57,877 nt of DNA. It comes from Minisyncoccia bacterium (GTDB lineage Bacteria; Patescibacteriota; Minisyncoccia; Phycocordibacterales; DATGWK01). Within the stretch, counting starts at the first letter, position 1. Every line of letters begins with the position of its first letter. A program made the position numbers and the translations under genes. The notes beneath the pieces are model-generated. The model made no database searches. It saw only the letters and a program-made list of their open reading frames with translations, and was not told the DNA's origin. This document shows positions 1-8,926 of the stretch, piece after piece. The DNA lies in contig JBBSOY010000002.1 in the NCBI GenBank assembly GCA_038259265.1, forward strand, positions 1 through 57,877, given 5' to 3'.

Positions 1-1200
1 AATGCAGAGGTTGTTCATGCCGATGTGTTTGCACCTCGAAGCTGTGCCGCTTTGTATTCGACTGACCTGCTTTCAGAAATGAAAGATCAGATCGATTCTC
101 GAATATCTGACTTTGCAACGTCTACGGGCCGGATGAAATTATTCTCGACTTCTGGAAATGATCTCGGCGGTTGGACACGTAATTCATCTGTGTGGACTGC
201 AGGAGGGGCACGATCGCTCGATTTTACAGGTGTTTCACCATGGAATTCTGATGGTTTTAACAGAAAAGCCGGAACCCTGGTTAGCCCGAAGCATATTGTT
301 TTTGCTAATCATTTTCCAATTCTGAACGGATCAACAATTATTTTCATAGATTCTGAAGGTACTGTGGTTTCGAGAACCCTCGTGGCGCAGTCGAGAGTTG
401 GAAATCGTGATATCCAGATGGGGATTTTGAATGAGCCGGTGCCGAGTTCGATCGCATTTTACCCGATACTTTCATTGGCGAATGTTGCTGAGTACTTTAG
501 CCAAACAATATATTTCAGTGATGATCCATCCCCGGTACCTCTAATCTTTTCCGATCAGGAGCAGAAAGCAATTATCGATAATCTCATACAAATTGGCGAC
601 CCCTCAACGTATCATCGACACAGTAATGCTCTTCCTCGATCACTTTTTTCTGAACCCATTGTGAACGGCGACTCAGGAAACCCAGGATTCTTTGTTGCAG
701 GAGATCAGTTGATACTTAATTTTACCCATCAATATTCTTCAGGTGGTACCGCGCACGGATCTTTTATTCCAGAAATGAATGCCGCAATGGCAGCACTTGG
801 TGGCCCGGAATATCAAGTTTCAACATTCGACCTCTCATGTTTTATATCTGGGGAAATTCACATGAAACCGCAAAGTTTTTTTGTTACAGATATTTCGCCA
901 ACAGGAACGGTGTTAGGGACGATAACTGCGGATAATGCATTCCCAAATACCGAGATGGCCTACTCAATTCTTTCTGGAAATAATCAGGGGGCATTTTCGA
1001 TAGGAACTTCGACCGGCACTATTATCTTGGAAAACCCAAGCGTTCTCGATGTTCAAGTACAACCAGTATTTACTCTCATGATACAGGCAAAAAGTATTCA
1101 AGCTCCCATAAACATGGCTGTTGCTACTGCAACAATTAGCGTAATACACGTAATCGCTCCGATCAATCCTCCTGCGCAACACAAGTATAAAATTTATTAA
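1..1200 (+). CDS. secreted trypsin-like serine peptidase with C-terminal cadherin-like repeat (5' end outside window)
   Basis: Frame 1 is open from nt 1. Triad-like motifs seen by eye: SPKHIVFANHF, NRDIQMGIL and VNGDSGNPGFF (GDSGxP type). The C-terminal ~100 aa (VTDISPTGTVLGTITADN...YSILSGNNQGAFSIGTSTGTIIL) look like a cadherin repeat. Confidence 0.5.
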   Translation, partial: NAEVVHADVFAPRSCAALYSTDLLSEMKDQIDSRISDFATSTGRMKLFSTSGNDLGGWTRNSSVWTAGGARSLDFTGVSPWNSDGFNRKAGTLVSPKHIVFANHFPILNGSTIIFIDSEGTVVSRTLVAQSRVGNRDIQMGILNEPVPSSIAFYPILSLANVAEYFSQTIYFSDDPSPVPLIFSDQEQKAIIDNLIQIGDPSTYHRHSNALPRSLFSEPIVNGDSGNPGFFVAGDQLILNFTHQYSSGGTAHGSFIPEMNAAMAALGGPEYQVSTFDLSCFISGEIHMKPQSFFVTDISPTGTVLGTITADNAFPNTEMAYSILSGNNQGAFSIGTSTGTIILENPSVLDVQVQPVFTLMIQAKSIQAPINMAVATATISVIHVIAPINPPAQHKYKIY

Positions 1201-1228
1201 TTTTTGGAATACATGTAAATATGTATGT

Positions 1229-1852
1229 ATGAAAACATACACCTGCCCAATGCATCCAGAGATCGTTTCCGATAAACCAGGTAAGTGCCCGAAGTGCGGC
1301 ATGGCTCTTGTTGAAAAGAGTTCAAGGCCCGCTATGCGTGTGCACAATGCAGGAGAAGATACAGGATTAGGAAAAATTACTTTCAAAAGCTACGTGCCGC
1401 TCATGGTTATCGTGGCCATGATTCTCGTTGTGGCGTATGTGGCGATGTGGGGAGATTCGTTTTCTTCTACCGCATTTATCCTGAATTTCATGACAGGTTT
1501 TTTCCTGGTCTTTGCAGGTTTTAAACTTATGAATCTTAGGGGTTTTGCTGAAGGGTATTCAACATACGATCTGCTCGCGAGCCGAGTACGAGCATATGGA
1601 TACGTGTATCCATTTATCGAACTCGCTTTTGGTCTCGGTATGCTCGCGGGCTTCCATCCTGTCTGGCTTCTGTGGACGGAGTTTGCAGTGATGATATTTA
1701 GCGGTGTCGGGGTGGTTATTAAATTAGCAAAAGGGGAAGAGTTCCAGTGTGCCTGCCTCGGAACATTTCTTAAGGTGCCGCTGACATATGTAACGCTCAT
1801 TGAAGATTTCGGCATGGCAGCATTGGCTTTGGCATTAATTGCTCTCACGTAA
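1229..1852 (+). CDS. heavy-metal-binding (Cys4 HMBD/YHS-like) domain fused to MauE/DoxX-like membrane protein
   Basis: The N-terminus YTCPMHPEIVSDKPGKCPKCGMALV is a Cys4 metal-binding motif. The rest is multi-TM with an EFQCACLG motif, as in MauE-type proteins. Confidence 0.6.
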   Translation: MKTYTCPMHPEIVSDKPGKCPKCGMALVEKSSRPAMRVHNAGEDTGLGKITFKSYVPLMVIVAMILVVAYVAMWGDSFSSTAFILNFMTGFFLVFAGFKLMNLRGFAEGYSTYDLLASRVRAYGYVYPFIELAFGLGMLAGFHPVWLLWTEFAVMIFSGVGVVIKLAKGEEFQCACLGTFLKVPLTYVTLIEDFGMAALALALIALT

Positions 1853-1857
1853 TTCAC

Positions 1858-2766
1858 ATGAAACATAAAACAGTCGTTGGAATAATCCTTGGAATAATTG
1901 TGTTAGTGCTTGTCGTCGTTGGAATTGTTTTTGTAGCACCAGGTCCAATTCAAAGTCATCGTTCATACCATATACAGCCTGACCCTTCTTCCGACCCTTC
2001 TTCTTTTGGTAAAACATATTCTGTACATACACCAAACGAATACTCATTTTCAATCGTCGATGACCAAGGTCGCACACTCAAAGATTTTGCCACTACGCAC
2101 ACGAAACAAATGCACGTTATCGTAGCGAGAAAAGATCTCAAATATTTTCAGCATATACATCCTGACTACGATACAACAACCGGCACCTTTACCCTCAAAG
2201 ACCTGACATTTCCAGCAGATGGCGAGTACCGAATTTTTGCTGACTTCGCCGCAAACGAGGGAATGATGGATGCAATGGGTATGCCTTTAGGGGTTACCAT
2301 TTCTGAAGATGTGGTTGCGGGAAACCTCGCAAATTATAAACCCGAAGCTCTGGGTTCTGAAGAAAAAACCAAAATGTTCGATGGATACCAAGTATCTTTG
2401 GCGACTGATGGTGCGCTCACAAGCGGTATGGAAAGCATGCTCATGTTTACGGTCACTCAAAATGGAAAAGCTGTAACAGATCTTGAACCATATCTTGGTG
2501 CCCTTGGTCACTCCGTTATCTTGCGAGAAGGTACGCTCGACTTTATTCATGCGCATCCAATTGAAGGCGTGGTTGAAGGCGTGACGGCAAAACAAAACGG
2601 TACCATCAGTTTTATGGTTAACTTTCCTGAATCAGGAAAGTACAAAGTTTTCACCCAATTCCAAAAAGACGGAAAAGTTTTCACGACGGACTTTGTGGTG
2701 TCGGTAGCACAGGGAGCACATGGTGACACGGGAGAGGGTGACGGCGTGCAGGGAATGGATCACTAA
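1858..2766 (+). CDS. membrane-anchored extracytoplasmic protein with duplicated HxHP motifs (putative metal binding)
   Basis: It has an N-terminal TM helix and two beta-rich halves, each with an H-x-H-P motif (FQHIHPDYD, FIHAHPIEG). It is Met/His rich and starts 5 nt after the HMBD-MauE gene. Confidence 0.45.
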   Translation: MKHKTVVGIILGIIVLVLVVVGIVFVAPGPIQSHRSYHIQPDPSSDPSSFGKTYSVHTPNEYSFSIVDDQGRTLKDFATTHTKQMHVIVARKDLKYFQHIHPDYDTTTGTFTLKDLTFPADGEYRIFADFAANEGMMDAMGMPLGVTISEDVVAGNLANYKPEALGSEEKTKMFDGYQVSLATDGALTSGMESMLMFTVTQNGKAVTDLEPYLGALGHSVILREGTLDFIHAHPIEGVVEGVTAKQNGTISFMVNFPESGKYKVFTQFQKDGKVFTTDFVVSVAQGAHGDTGEGDGVQGMDH

Positions 2767-2974
2767 ATATATTTCCCAGCCAAAGTATTCGTGTACAGGA
2801 TTTCTGTCTGACTGTATTCTTGAAGGACTAGCAACATAAAATCTAAAATAATAGTATGCAACCTGAAACAACTGTTCCAATTTCACCAATTCTCCCAACA
2901 CCTCCAACTCCGCCACAAAATAGAAAATCTTTTTTAGGTCTCTAGGTACCAGAACAGTACTCATTATAAGTATT

Positions 2975-4192
2975 GTGAGCATGATTATTGCTGCTCTGTA
3001 TGTTGGTACTGTTATTTTTGAATTTCATGATGTTAGTAACAAGATAGAGACAGAACTAAAAAGAGGTTTTGTGGATGAAAGCCAATTCATAGAATACGAA
3101 ACTCCGGAGTGGGCGATGTATGTACGTGCCGTGGGTAGTATTACCGGACTTCCATTAATCCTGCTTCTGAGCCCCTTTGGGGGGAGTGATGGGGCTTTCG
3201 TGATTGCCATACTCTTGGCCAGGTTTGATGTGCCTATTGTTTTTCTATTTTGGTTCCTTTTGTTGTGCGTGGTGAGCTACTCAGTTCGTTTATTTGGCAG
3301 TAAACAAAACACCTTTGCTGATCCGGGGTTACCTCAGGGGCACAGGACTTTGGGTATCAGTATAATTTTTGTTGCGTGTATCGTTGTCATCGCAGGATTA
3401 ACTATCGGAAAGTCTATGTACATTGCTGGCTCAAACAAAAAAGCATTTGAGAGCATCACACCTGCATACGATAACCCTGTTACTCTTTCATTGGTTAATC
3501 CTAATAATGGAAAAGAGGGGGACATAATAACCTTGCAAGGTTCAGGGTTTGCTAATAAACCACTTGTAGCTTGGCTGTATGACAAGCAGAATGACAAATA
3601 TGGATTTTTGTGGAAGGGTTTTCCTACAGATGACTCCCCAATATCTTTCCCTCTAAAGCAAACATTGTGTCCAACCGCGTTTGACCCTTGCGGGCAGTCA
3701 CTTCGGATATTCAATACGGGTGATTACTTTATAAAAGTGGGAGAGTTGGACGCAGTATTGCCGTTTCATGTAAATGAAGATGTTGTTATCTCAAATAAAA
3801 AATTAATTGATATAGAAAGTTTTAAAGAGGGTGTCGGCGGAATCAGTGGAAGATTTAAGGGGAATACTTTAACAGTCGATGCGGTAGAGGGTTCATACGT
3901 CTGGATATGGACACCAGTAAACACATCGGAATCTTTTAACTACGTAGAATTTGAGATAGCTTATGATTCAGTTAACAGTTTCTCATTTGGTGCTTTTATA
4001 GATAATAAACAAATCGGAAGTGTGTCTTCGGAGTTTGCTGCGGGTCAAAAGACTCAAAAATTCTCTGCAAAAATTGACGAAGTGTCAGCCGGAGCGTACG
4101 TCCTCTCTTTCCGTTTAGATTCAAATAATTGGAATAATCGTTTAGTGAGTAGTTCTATGACCCTGTCTGATGTCACGATCGGGAAGATATAA
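2975..4192 (+). CDS. multi-pass membrane protein with IPT/TIG-like Ig domain
   Basis: 405-aa ORF with N-terminal TM helices. LSLVNPNNGKEGDIITLQGSGF resembles an IPT/TIG fold start. The start is GTG 2975 or ATG 2981. Confidence 0.45.
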   Translation: MSMIIAALYVGTVIFEFHDVSNKIETELKRGFVDESQFIEYETPEWAMYVRAVGSITGLPLILLLSPFGGSDGAFVIAILLARFDVPIVFLFWFLLLCVVSYSVRLFGSKQNTFADPGLPQGHRTLGISIIFVACIVVIAGLTIGKSMYIAGSNKKAFESITPAYDNPVTLSLVNPNNGKEGDIITLQGSGFANKPLVAWLYDKQNDKYGFLWKGFPTDDSPISFPLKQTLCPTAFDPCGQSLRIFNTGDYFIKVGELDAVLPFHVNEDVVISNKKLIDIESFKEGVGGISGRFKGNTLTVDAVEGSYVWIWTPVNTSESFNYVEFEIAYDSVNSFSFGAFIDNKQIGSVSSEFAAGQKTQKFSAKIDEVSAGAYVLSFRLDSNNWNNRLVSSSMTLSDVTIGKI

Positions 4193-4364
4193 AATTAGGT
4201 GTCACACGCTATGCAACACTCAAAATCTCGGAATATTTGACGGGAAGATTTTTCCTTGTACTATGTGCACGGAAGGAATTTCTCTCCATAGGGGAGTCGT
4301 GATAAAAACATGTTGACACATGCACGATTGCAGAACCACAGTTCTAGCAGAGAAATATGTTTCA

Positions 4365-4712
4365 ATGAAAATTAAAGTGCATCTCAATTGCAACGTGGTC
4401 TGTGTAGATGGCAAAACCAAGATCTATCTCAGGTTCGAAGGGGTGATTGCTGCCCAAGCGCTTCCAAGAGAAGGAGAGTCGATTTGGATTGACGCTACTT
4501 ACTACCATATTTTCAAGGTCGAAGAGGTTGTTCACAATCTCGTGGGTGGCATACTGCGCCATTGTCTGAGCTGCGTTGAAGCTGATGAGGCGCTCATTCT
4601 TTCCACTGTGCTTCCGAAGATCACAGACGAAGAGGCGTGGATACGTGAAGTGCTCATCCCGTCTATGGAAAAATGTGGCTTCAAAAAAATCGAGGATGAT
4701 GTTTCGTTTTAG
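4365..4712 (+). CDS. hypothetical protein
   Basis: ORF 4320-4712; the internal ATG at 4365 (MKIKVHLN...) is the more plausible start. No recognisable motif. A terminator follows. Confidence 0.35.
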   Translation: MKIKVHLNCNVVCVDGKTKIYLRFEGVIAAQALPREGESIWIDATYYHIFKVEEVVHNLVGGILRHCLSCVEADEALILSTVLPKITDEEAWIREVLIPSMEKCGFKKIEDDVSF

Positions 4713-4754
4713 TAAGTGATGAGATACGTCATCCCTCGTGTCTCACATCTCGAG

Positions 4755-4789
4755 CCCCTACACGGAAGCGTGTCGGGGGTTTTTCTTTT
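4755..4789 (+). terminator. intrinsic terminator
   Basis: Hairpin CCCCTACACG-gaag-CGTGTCGGGG followed by TTTTTCTTTT. Confidence 0.6.
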
Positions 4790-4815
4790 GTAACCTTTAT
4801 GTTTACTATGTATGT

Positions 4816-5127
4816 ATGAATACTCTAATCCAGCGAAGTTTCATTAATGCCTTGGGCACCGTTGCGTACATCGCGCTCGTGGCGGCGATCATGCAAAATG
4901 CCGAACGATTTTTTGGGCAGACCGAAGACACGATTCTTGCGCCGATTGTTTTCCTGACGTTATTCGTTCTTTCTGCCGCTATTACTGGCAGCTTGGTAAT
5001 CGGTAAACCGATCCTCATGTATATCAACAATGAAAAAAGCCAGGCTGTCCGGCTTTTCGTGTACACCCTCGGGTGGTTGGCGCTGGCACTTGTGTTTTTG
5101 GTGATCGGCATGTTCGCGATACTGTAA
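4816..5127 (+). CDS. small 3-TM membrane protein
   Basis: The ORF track starts at 4738, but that stretch overlaps the terminator. ATG 4816 lies 6 nt after TACTAT. The product is hydrophobic. Confidence 0.5.
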   Translation: MNTLIQRSFINALGTVAYIALVAAIMQNAERFFGQTEDTILAPIVFLTLFVLSAAITGSLVIGKPILMYINNEKSQAVRLFVYTLGWLALALVFLVIGMFAIL

Positions 5128-5153
5128 TTGTGTGAAAAAATATCAACATCAAT

Positions 5154-6239
5154 GTGTCTCATTTCTCTGATCTAAAAAAATGGGTGGGGCGGCATGAGCG
5201 CAAACTTTCTTCGGTGGCACTTTTGTCGGGCTTCGTTGTCGACGCGCTGACGCTCCGTCGCATAGACAATCTCTACGAAAATTCTGTCTTCGCTTTTTAT
5301 TTTCTGGCGATCGGCCTTTCTATCGTCGCCATTAATTATATCGAAGCCGGGAAATATGAAAGAGAGTGGGTGGGTCGTCTGCATCCATTTCTCCTCATGC
5401 TCATTCAGTTTGCCTTTGGTGGTTTGTTTAGCGGCTTCTTCGTTTTTTATTATCGAAGCGGATCGCTTGTCTCAAGCTGGCCATTTTTCATAATTCTGCT
5501 CGTGCTGCTTTTTGGCAACGAAGGTTTGCGCAAGCAGTACGAACGCCTCATTTTGCAGGTCTCGCTTTTGTTTGTGGCACTTTTCTTTTTTACGATTTTT
5601 TCGGTGCCGGTCGTGCTCGGCCGGATGGGGCCAATTATTTTTAGTCTCAGCGGCGTCATTTCGCTCGCTTTGGTGGCTGGCTTTGTGTACATTCTCGGGC
5701 GCCTCGTGCCCGAACGGGTTCACAAAAATAAACGGTATATTGCGTTTTCAGTGCTTGCCACGTTCGCGGCCATCAATTTTTTGTATTTTGCAAAACTTAT
5801 TCCGCCCATTCCGCTTTCTTTAAAAAATGCTGGCGTCTACCAGACGATCCGCCATGTCGGGGGCGATTATATTGCCACCGAAGAAACGCAGTCATTTCTT
5901 TCGTCACTGCAGGTTTTTGAAAATATTCACGTTAAAAAAGGTGACTCGCTCAATGTGTACACGGCGGTATTTGCGCCAAACAATATTAACGTCACGATCG
6001 TGCACAATTGGAAACATTTTGACACCGAAGCGAACCGCTGGGTTTCGGTTAGTCGAATTCCATATTCTGTTATTGGCGGCACCGACCGCGGCTATCGCGG
6101 CTACACCACGAAGTCGAATCTTGCAGAAGGGAAATGGACCGTCAATGTCGAAACCGACCGCGAGCAAGTCATCGGCCGCGTCACGTTTGAAGTCGTGTAC
6201 AGCGACGATCCCGTCGAGCTGGTTGAGAAGGTTTTGTAG
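5154..6239 (+). CDS. DUF2914-like membrane protein
   Basis: N-terminal multi-TM region plus a C-terminal beta domain (WKHFDTEANRWVSVSRIPYSVIGGTDRGYRGYTTKSNLAEGKWTVNVETD), typical of DUF2914 proteins. Confidence 0.55.
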   Translation: MSHFSDLKKWVGRHERKLSSVALLSGFVVDALTLRRIDNLYENSVFAFYFLAIGLSIVAINYIEAGKYEREWVGRLHPFLLMLIQFAFGGLFSGFFVFYYRSGSLVSSWPFFIILLVLLFGNEGLRKQYERLILQVSLLFVALFFFTIFSVPVVLGRMGPIIFSLSGVISLALVAGFVYILGRLVPERVHKNKRYIAFSVLATFAAINFLYFAKLIPPIPLSLKNAGVYQTIRHVGGDYIATEETQSFLSSLQVFENIHVKKGDSLNVYTAVFAPNNINVTIVHNWKHFDTEANRWVSVSRIPYSVIGGTDRGYRGYTTKSNLAEGKWTVNVETDREQVIGRVTFEVVYSDDPVELVEKVL

Positions 6240-6263
6240 GCCCCGGAGCTTTTTCTAAGCCAG

Positions 6264-6317
6264 TTTACAATTACTTGACAATTGAATATAGATTGCTTTA
6301 CAATTGACTTTACAATG
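6264..6317 (+). promoter_or_regulatory. repeated TTTACAAT boxes and CAATTG palindromes (candidate operator/promoter)
   Basis: TTTACAATT at 6264 and 6297, TTTACAATG at 6309 (includes the ATG), TTGACAATTGA at 6275, and CAATTG twice. Confidence 0.4.
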
Positions 6318-7376
6318 ATATTAACAAAGGAAGGGATACTTGAATCGGCAAGGGAAAAGGGGCAGATCAAAACTAAAGATTTGTCTGGAGTGTTCGGCGT
6401 CTCAAGACAGTATGCAAGCATGCTCATTGCTCAGCTCGTAGAAGAGAAGCGTCTTATGAGAATCGGCTCAACGAGAAATGCTTTTTATGTATTACCAGAA
6501 TACGTACAAGCTCATCCAGAAGTTTTGCCACGCCGTTTTTTTAAGAGACTGAGCAATATTCATTTAGAGGAACACAAAATATTGGCGGAAATAGAGGAAA
6601 AGTTTCCACAGATTTCTGAATTAAAAGAACATATCAGAAATATTTTTACCTTTGGGTTTTCAGAAATGCTCAATAATGCTATCGAGCATTCTCAGTCAAA
6701 AAGTGTGACTGTTGAAATTTCAATACATGCCGATGAATTATGGTTTGTTGTAAATGACTCTGGAGTCGGGGTGTTTAGAAATGTTATGCAAAAGAAAAAA
6801 TTAAGATCAGAACTTGAGGCAATTCAAGATATCTTAAAAGGTAAAACAACTACAATTCCTAAATCTCACACCGGGCAGGGCATTTTCTTCACCTCAAAGG
6901 CAGCTGACATCTTTATTTTAGATAGTTTTGGTCAGCACCTGACAGTCAATAATAAAACTCATGATATTTCGGTGCGAAAAATTAGCGTGACTAAAAGAGG
7001 TACGCGAGTCATATTTAAAATTAATGCAAATTCGCATAAACATTTGAGTGATGTATTCAAGAAATACACAAACCTTGCGCATGAGGGAGACTATGGATTT
7101 GATAAAACTGAGATCCGAGTAAGGTTATATACTGCCGGCGGAGTAAATATTTCACGTTCACAAGCAAGGAGGATTCTTCATGGCCTAGAGAAGTTCAAAA
7201 TTATACTATTTGATTTTGATAAAGTCCCTATAATTGGCCAGGCTTTTGCTGATGAAATATACAGGGTTTTTCACAATAAGTATCCTGATATTGAATTACA
7301 GGAAGTTAATATGAATGAAGCTGTAACGTTCATGATTGAGCGCTCGAAAACGGATGCCTCACGATCTCAAAAGTAA
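6315..7376 (+). CDS. wHTH - histidine-kinase-like ATPase - STAS-like (DUF4325) protein
   Basis: The N-terminal GVSRQYASMLIAQLVEEKRL is HTH-like. FSEMLNNAIEHS resembles the N-box of GHKL ATPases. The C-terminal ILFDFDKVPIIGQAFADEIYRVF resembles DUF4325. The ATG at 6315 is preferred over TTG 6282. Confidence 0.55.
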   Translation: MILTKEGILESAREKGQIKTKDLSGVFGVSRQYASMLIAQLVEEKRLMRIGSTRNAFYVLPEYVQAHPEVLPRRFFKRLSNIHLEEHKILAEIEEKFPQISELKEHIRNIFTFGFSEMLNNAIEHSQSKSVTVEISIHADELWFVVNDSGVGVFRNVMQKKKLRSELEAIQDILKGKTTTIPKSHTGQGIFFTSKAADIFILDSFGQHLTVNNKTHDISVRKISVTKRGTRVIFKINANSHKHLSDVFKKYTNLAHEGDYGFDKTEIRVRLYTAGGVNISRSQARRILHGLEKFKIILFDFDKVPIIGQAFADEIYRVFHNKYPDIELQEVNMNEAVTFMIERSKTDASRSQK

Positions 7377-7394
7377 AAAATATCAATCACTGTA

Positions 7395-7769
7395 ATGGCG
7401 GTTACTTCTCTTATAAGTGCAAAAACGAAGCCGAAGTTTCTCTTTTTGCTCGACTGTTCGATTGAAGTTTCTGGTGAAAATGAAAAGGAGCTCATCGAAA
7501 GTCTTGCGGGTGCAAAAAGCAGAATGAAGGGCTTGGGAATTTGTATGTTACTTCGAACTCTGAATTCATATCATGTCGTTGGCTTTGTGCCGCTTTCATC
7601 TGATGAATGGCATGAGCACATGGTGCAGGCTATTTTACTCAAGAATAGTAAGGGTCAGCCTTTTGCTGATATTCGCTATATTGGCCACAGTTTGGAAAGA
7701 GGCTATGGTTCTCTTCGGATCAGCGACTATCTCGGAAAACCCACCCCGGATTTTATTTGTTATTTGTAA
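7395..7769 (+). CDS. hypothetical protein
   Basis: 124-aa ORF starting 18 nt after the preceding gene. No motif recognised. Confidence 0.4.
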   Translation: MAVTSLISAKTKPKFLFLLDCSIEVSGENEKELIESLAGAKSRMKGLGICMLLRTLNSYHVVGFVPLSSDEWHEHMVQAILLKNSKGQPFADIRYIGHSLERGYGSLRISDYLGKPTPDFICYL

Positions 7770-7777
7770 CACATTCA

Positions 7778-7944
7778 ATGGACTTAATTTCAAGAATAAA
7801 AGCCTTGGATCTGCCGGTGGGGCAATATATTGTCTTCGGTAGTTCGGTTATGGAAATGCACGGCATTCGCAAAGCTAAGGATATTGATGTGGTCGTCACT
7901 CAGGTTTTATATACAGAATTAAAAAACCGTGGTTGTCAATCGTC
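7778..7944 (+). pseudogene. N-terminal fragment of a nucleotidyltransferase-fold protein
   Basis: MDLISRIKALDLPVGQYIVFGSSVMEMHGIRKAKDIDVVV carries the GS...DxD NTase motif. The similarity ends after about 55 aa. The rest of the ORF (to 8092) is antisense to the pilin gene. Confidence 0.45.
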
Positions 7945-8823
7945 CTACTGCGTGACGTTAATTGTCATGGTGGTAAAGCCGGGGCCGCTGATGGTTACAG
8001 GAGCGGCAGACCACGAGCAACTTGAAGGAATCGTGCCATCGGCATTTTTTAAACAGCCGCTAAAAAACACCGCACTCAAAGTCGTCGGTTGATTAACTTG
8101 TCTTGTTTCAAAGCATGGACCCGTACCGCCTCCGCCGATCGTTACTGGATTTGCGAGCAGAGAAACAATGCATGTGCCAACATAACTTGCGTCGACCGCC
8201 ACACCGTTTCTTGTTGCGAGTACATTTAAGTACATACCTGTTGGATAATAAAAATAACTACCATTCGTTCTCGTGCCACGCTGTGTTAAGTTCTCCAGGT
8301 TTGCATAGAGCTGATATTGAGATCCGAAATTAACACTTCCAGATGTGTAGTCTGGACAATATATTTGCCAGCAATAGTAGTACATGGCAGATGGGGAGAC
8401 ATACACAAACCCAGCATACGAACTCGAACAACTGCTTGTACACGTGGCAGGGAGCGAGGACATATACGGAGCAAGGTCGGCCATGAATTGCGACCATCTT
8501 CCGTTGCTGTTGTCGTACGATGTTGCGATGCAGTCGGCCAAACTTGTTCCTGGTAACGAGCCGTCGCACGTACTTTGGAGAGTAGGCGAATGCCCCGTTT
8601 CTGCCATGTAGAGTTGGACAGCGTTGTGTATCTGCTGCACTTGAAGTTCTCTTGCTGCATCTCGGGCTTTTGCTCGAGCCGGATTGAGGGTTGCGAGGAC
8701 GATTGTTGCAAGGAGGCCAATGATGGAAATAACTACGAGCAATTCGATGATCGTAAATCCTTGTGCGCACTGTGCGCAATTCTTTTTACTTAAGCAATGA
8801 TGTAAACGTGTCACGACTGACAT
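7945..8823 (-). CDS. type IV pilin / pseudopilin with prepilin leader
   Basis: ...AQG|FTIIELLVVISIIGLLATIVLATLNPARAKARDA is a class III signal plus hydrophobic helix. The C-terminal part is Cys-rich. The start was chosen at ATG 8823; the ORF is open to 8886. Confidence 0.8.
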   Translation of the reverse strand: MSVVTRLHHCLSKKNCAQCAQGFTIIELLVVISIIGLLATIVLATLNPARAKARDAARELQVQQIHNAVQLYMAETGHSPTLQSTCDGSLPGTSLADCIATSYDNSNGRWSQFMADLAPYMSSLPATCTSSCSSSYAGFVYVSPSAMYYYCWQIYCPDYTSGSVNFGSQYQLYANLENLTQRGTRTNGSYFYYPTGMYLNVLATRNGVAVDASYVGTCIVSLLANPVTIGGGGTGPCFETRQVNQPTTLSAVFFSGCLKNADGTIPSSCSWSAAPVTISGPGFTTMTINVTQ

Positions 8824-8926
8824 TGTAACATCATCGGATAGTGAGCCGAGTACGTTTACATCCCGTACAAACTCGACAGGTAACAAAGACGTACGTGAAG
8901 GTCGGCAGTGTTGTATAGTTATATGT

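Noticed and set aside
2856-2945. A 29-codon Pro-rich ORF (MQPETTVPISPILPTPPTPPQNRKSFLGL) in the 200-nt gap before the 405-aa membrane protein. It could be a frameshifted N-terminus.
   Set aside because: It is in a different frame from the downstream gene, has no conserved motif, and the downstream gene has its own plausible start.
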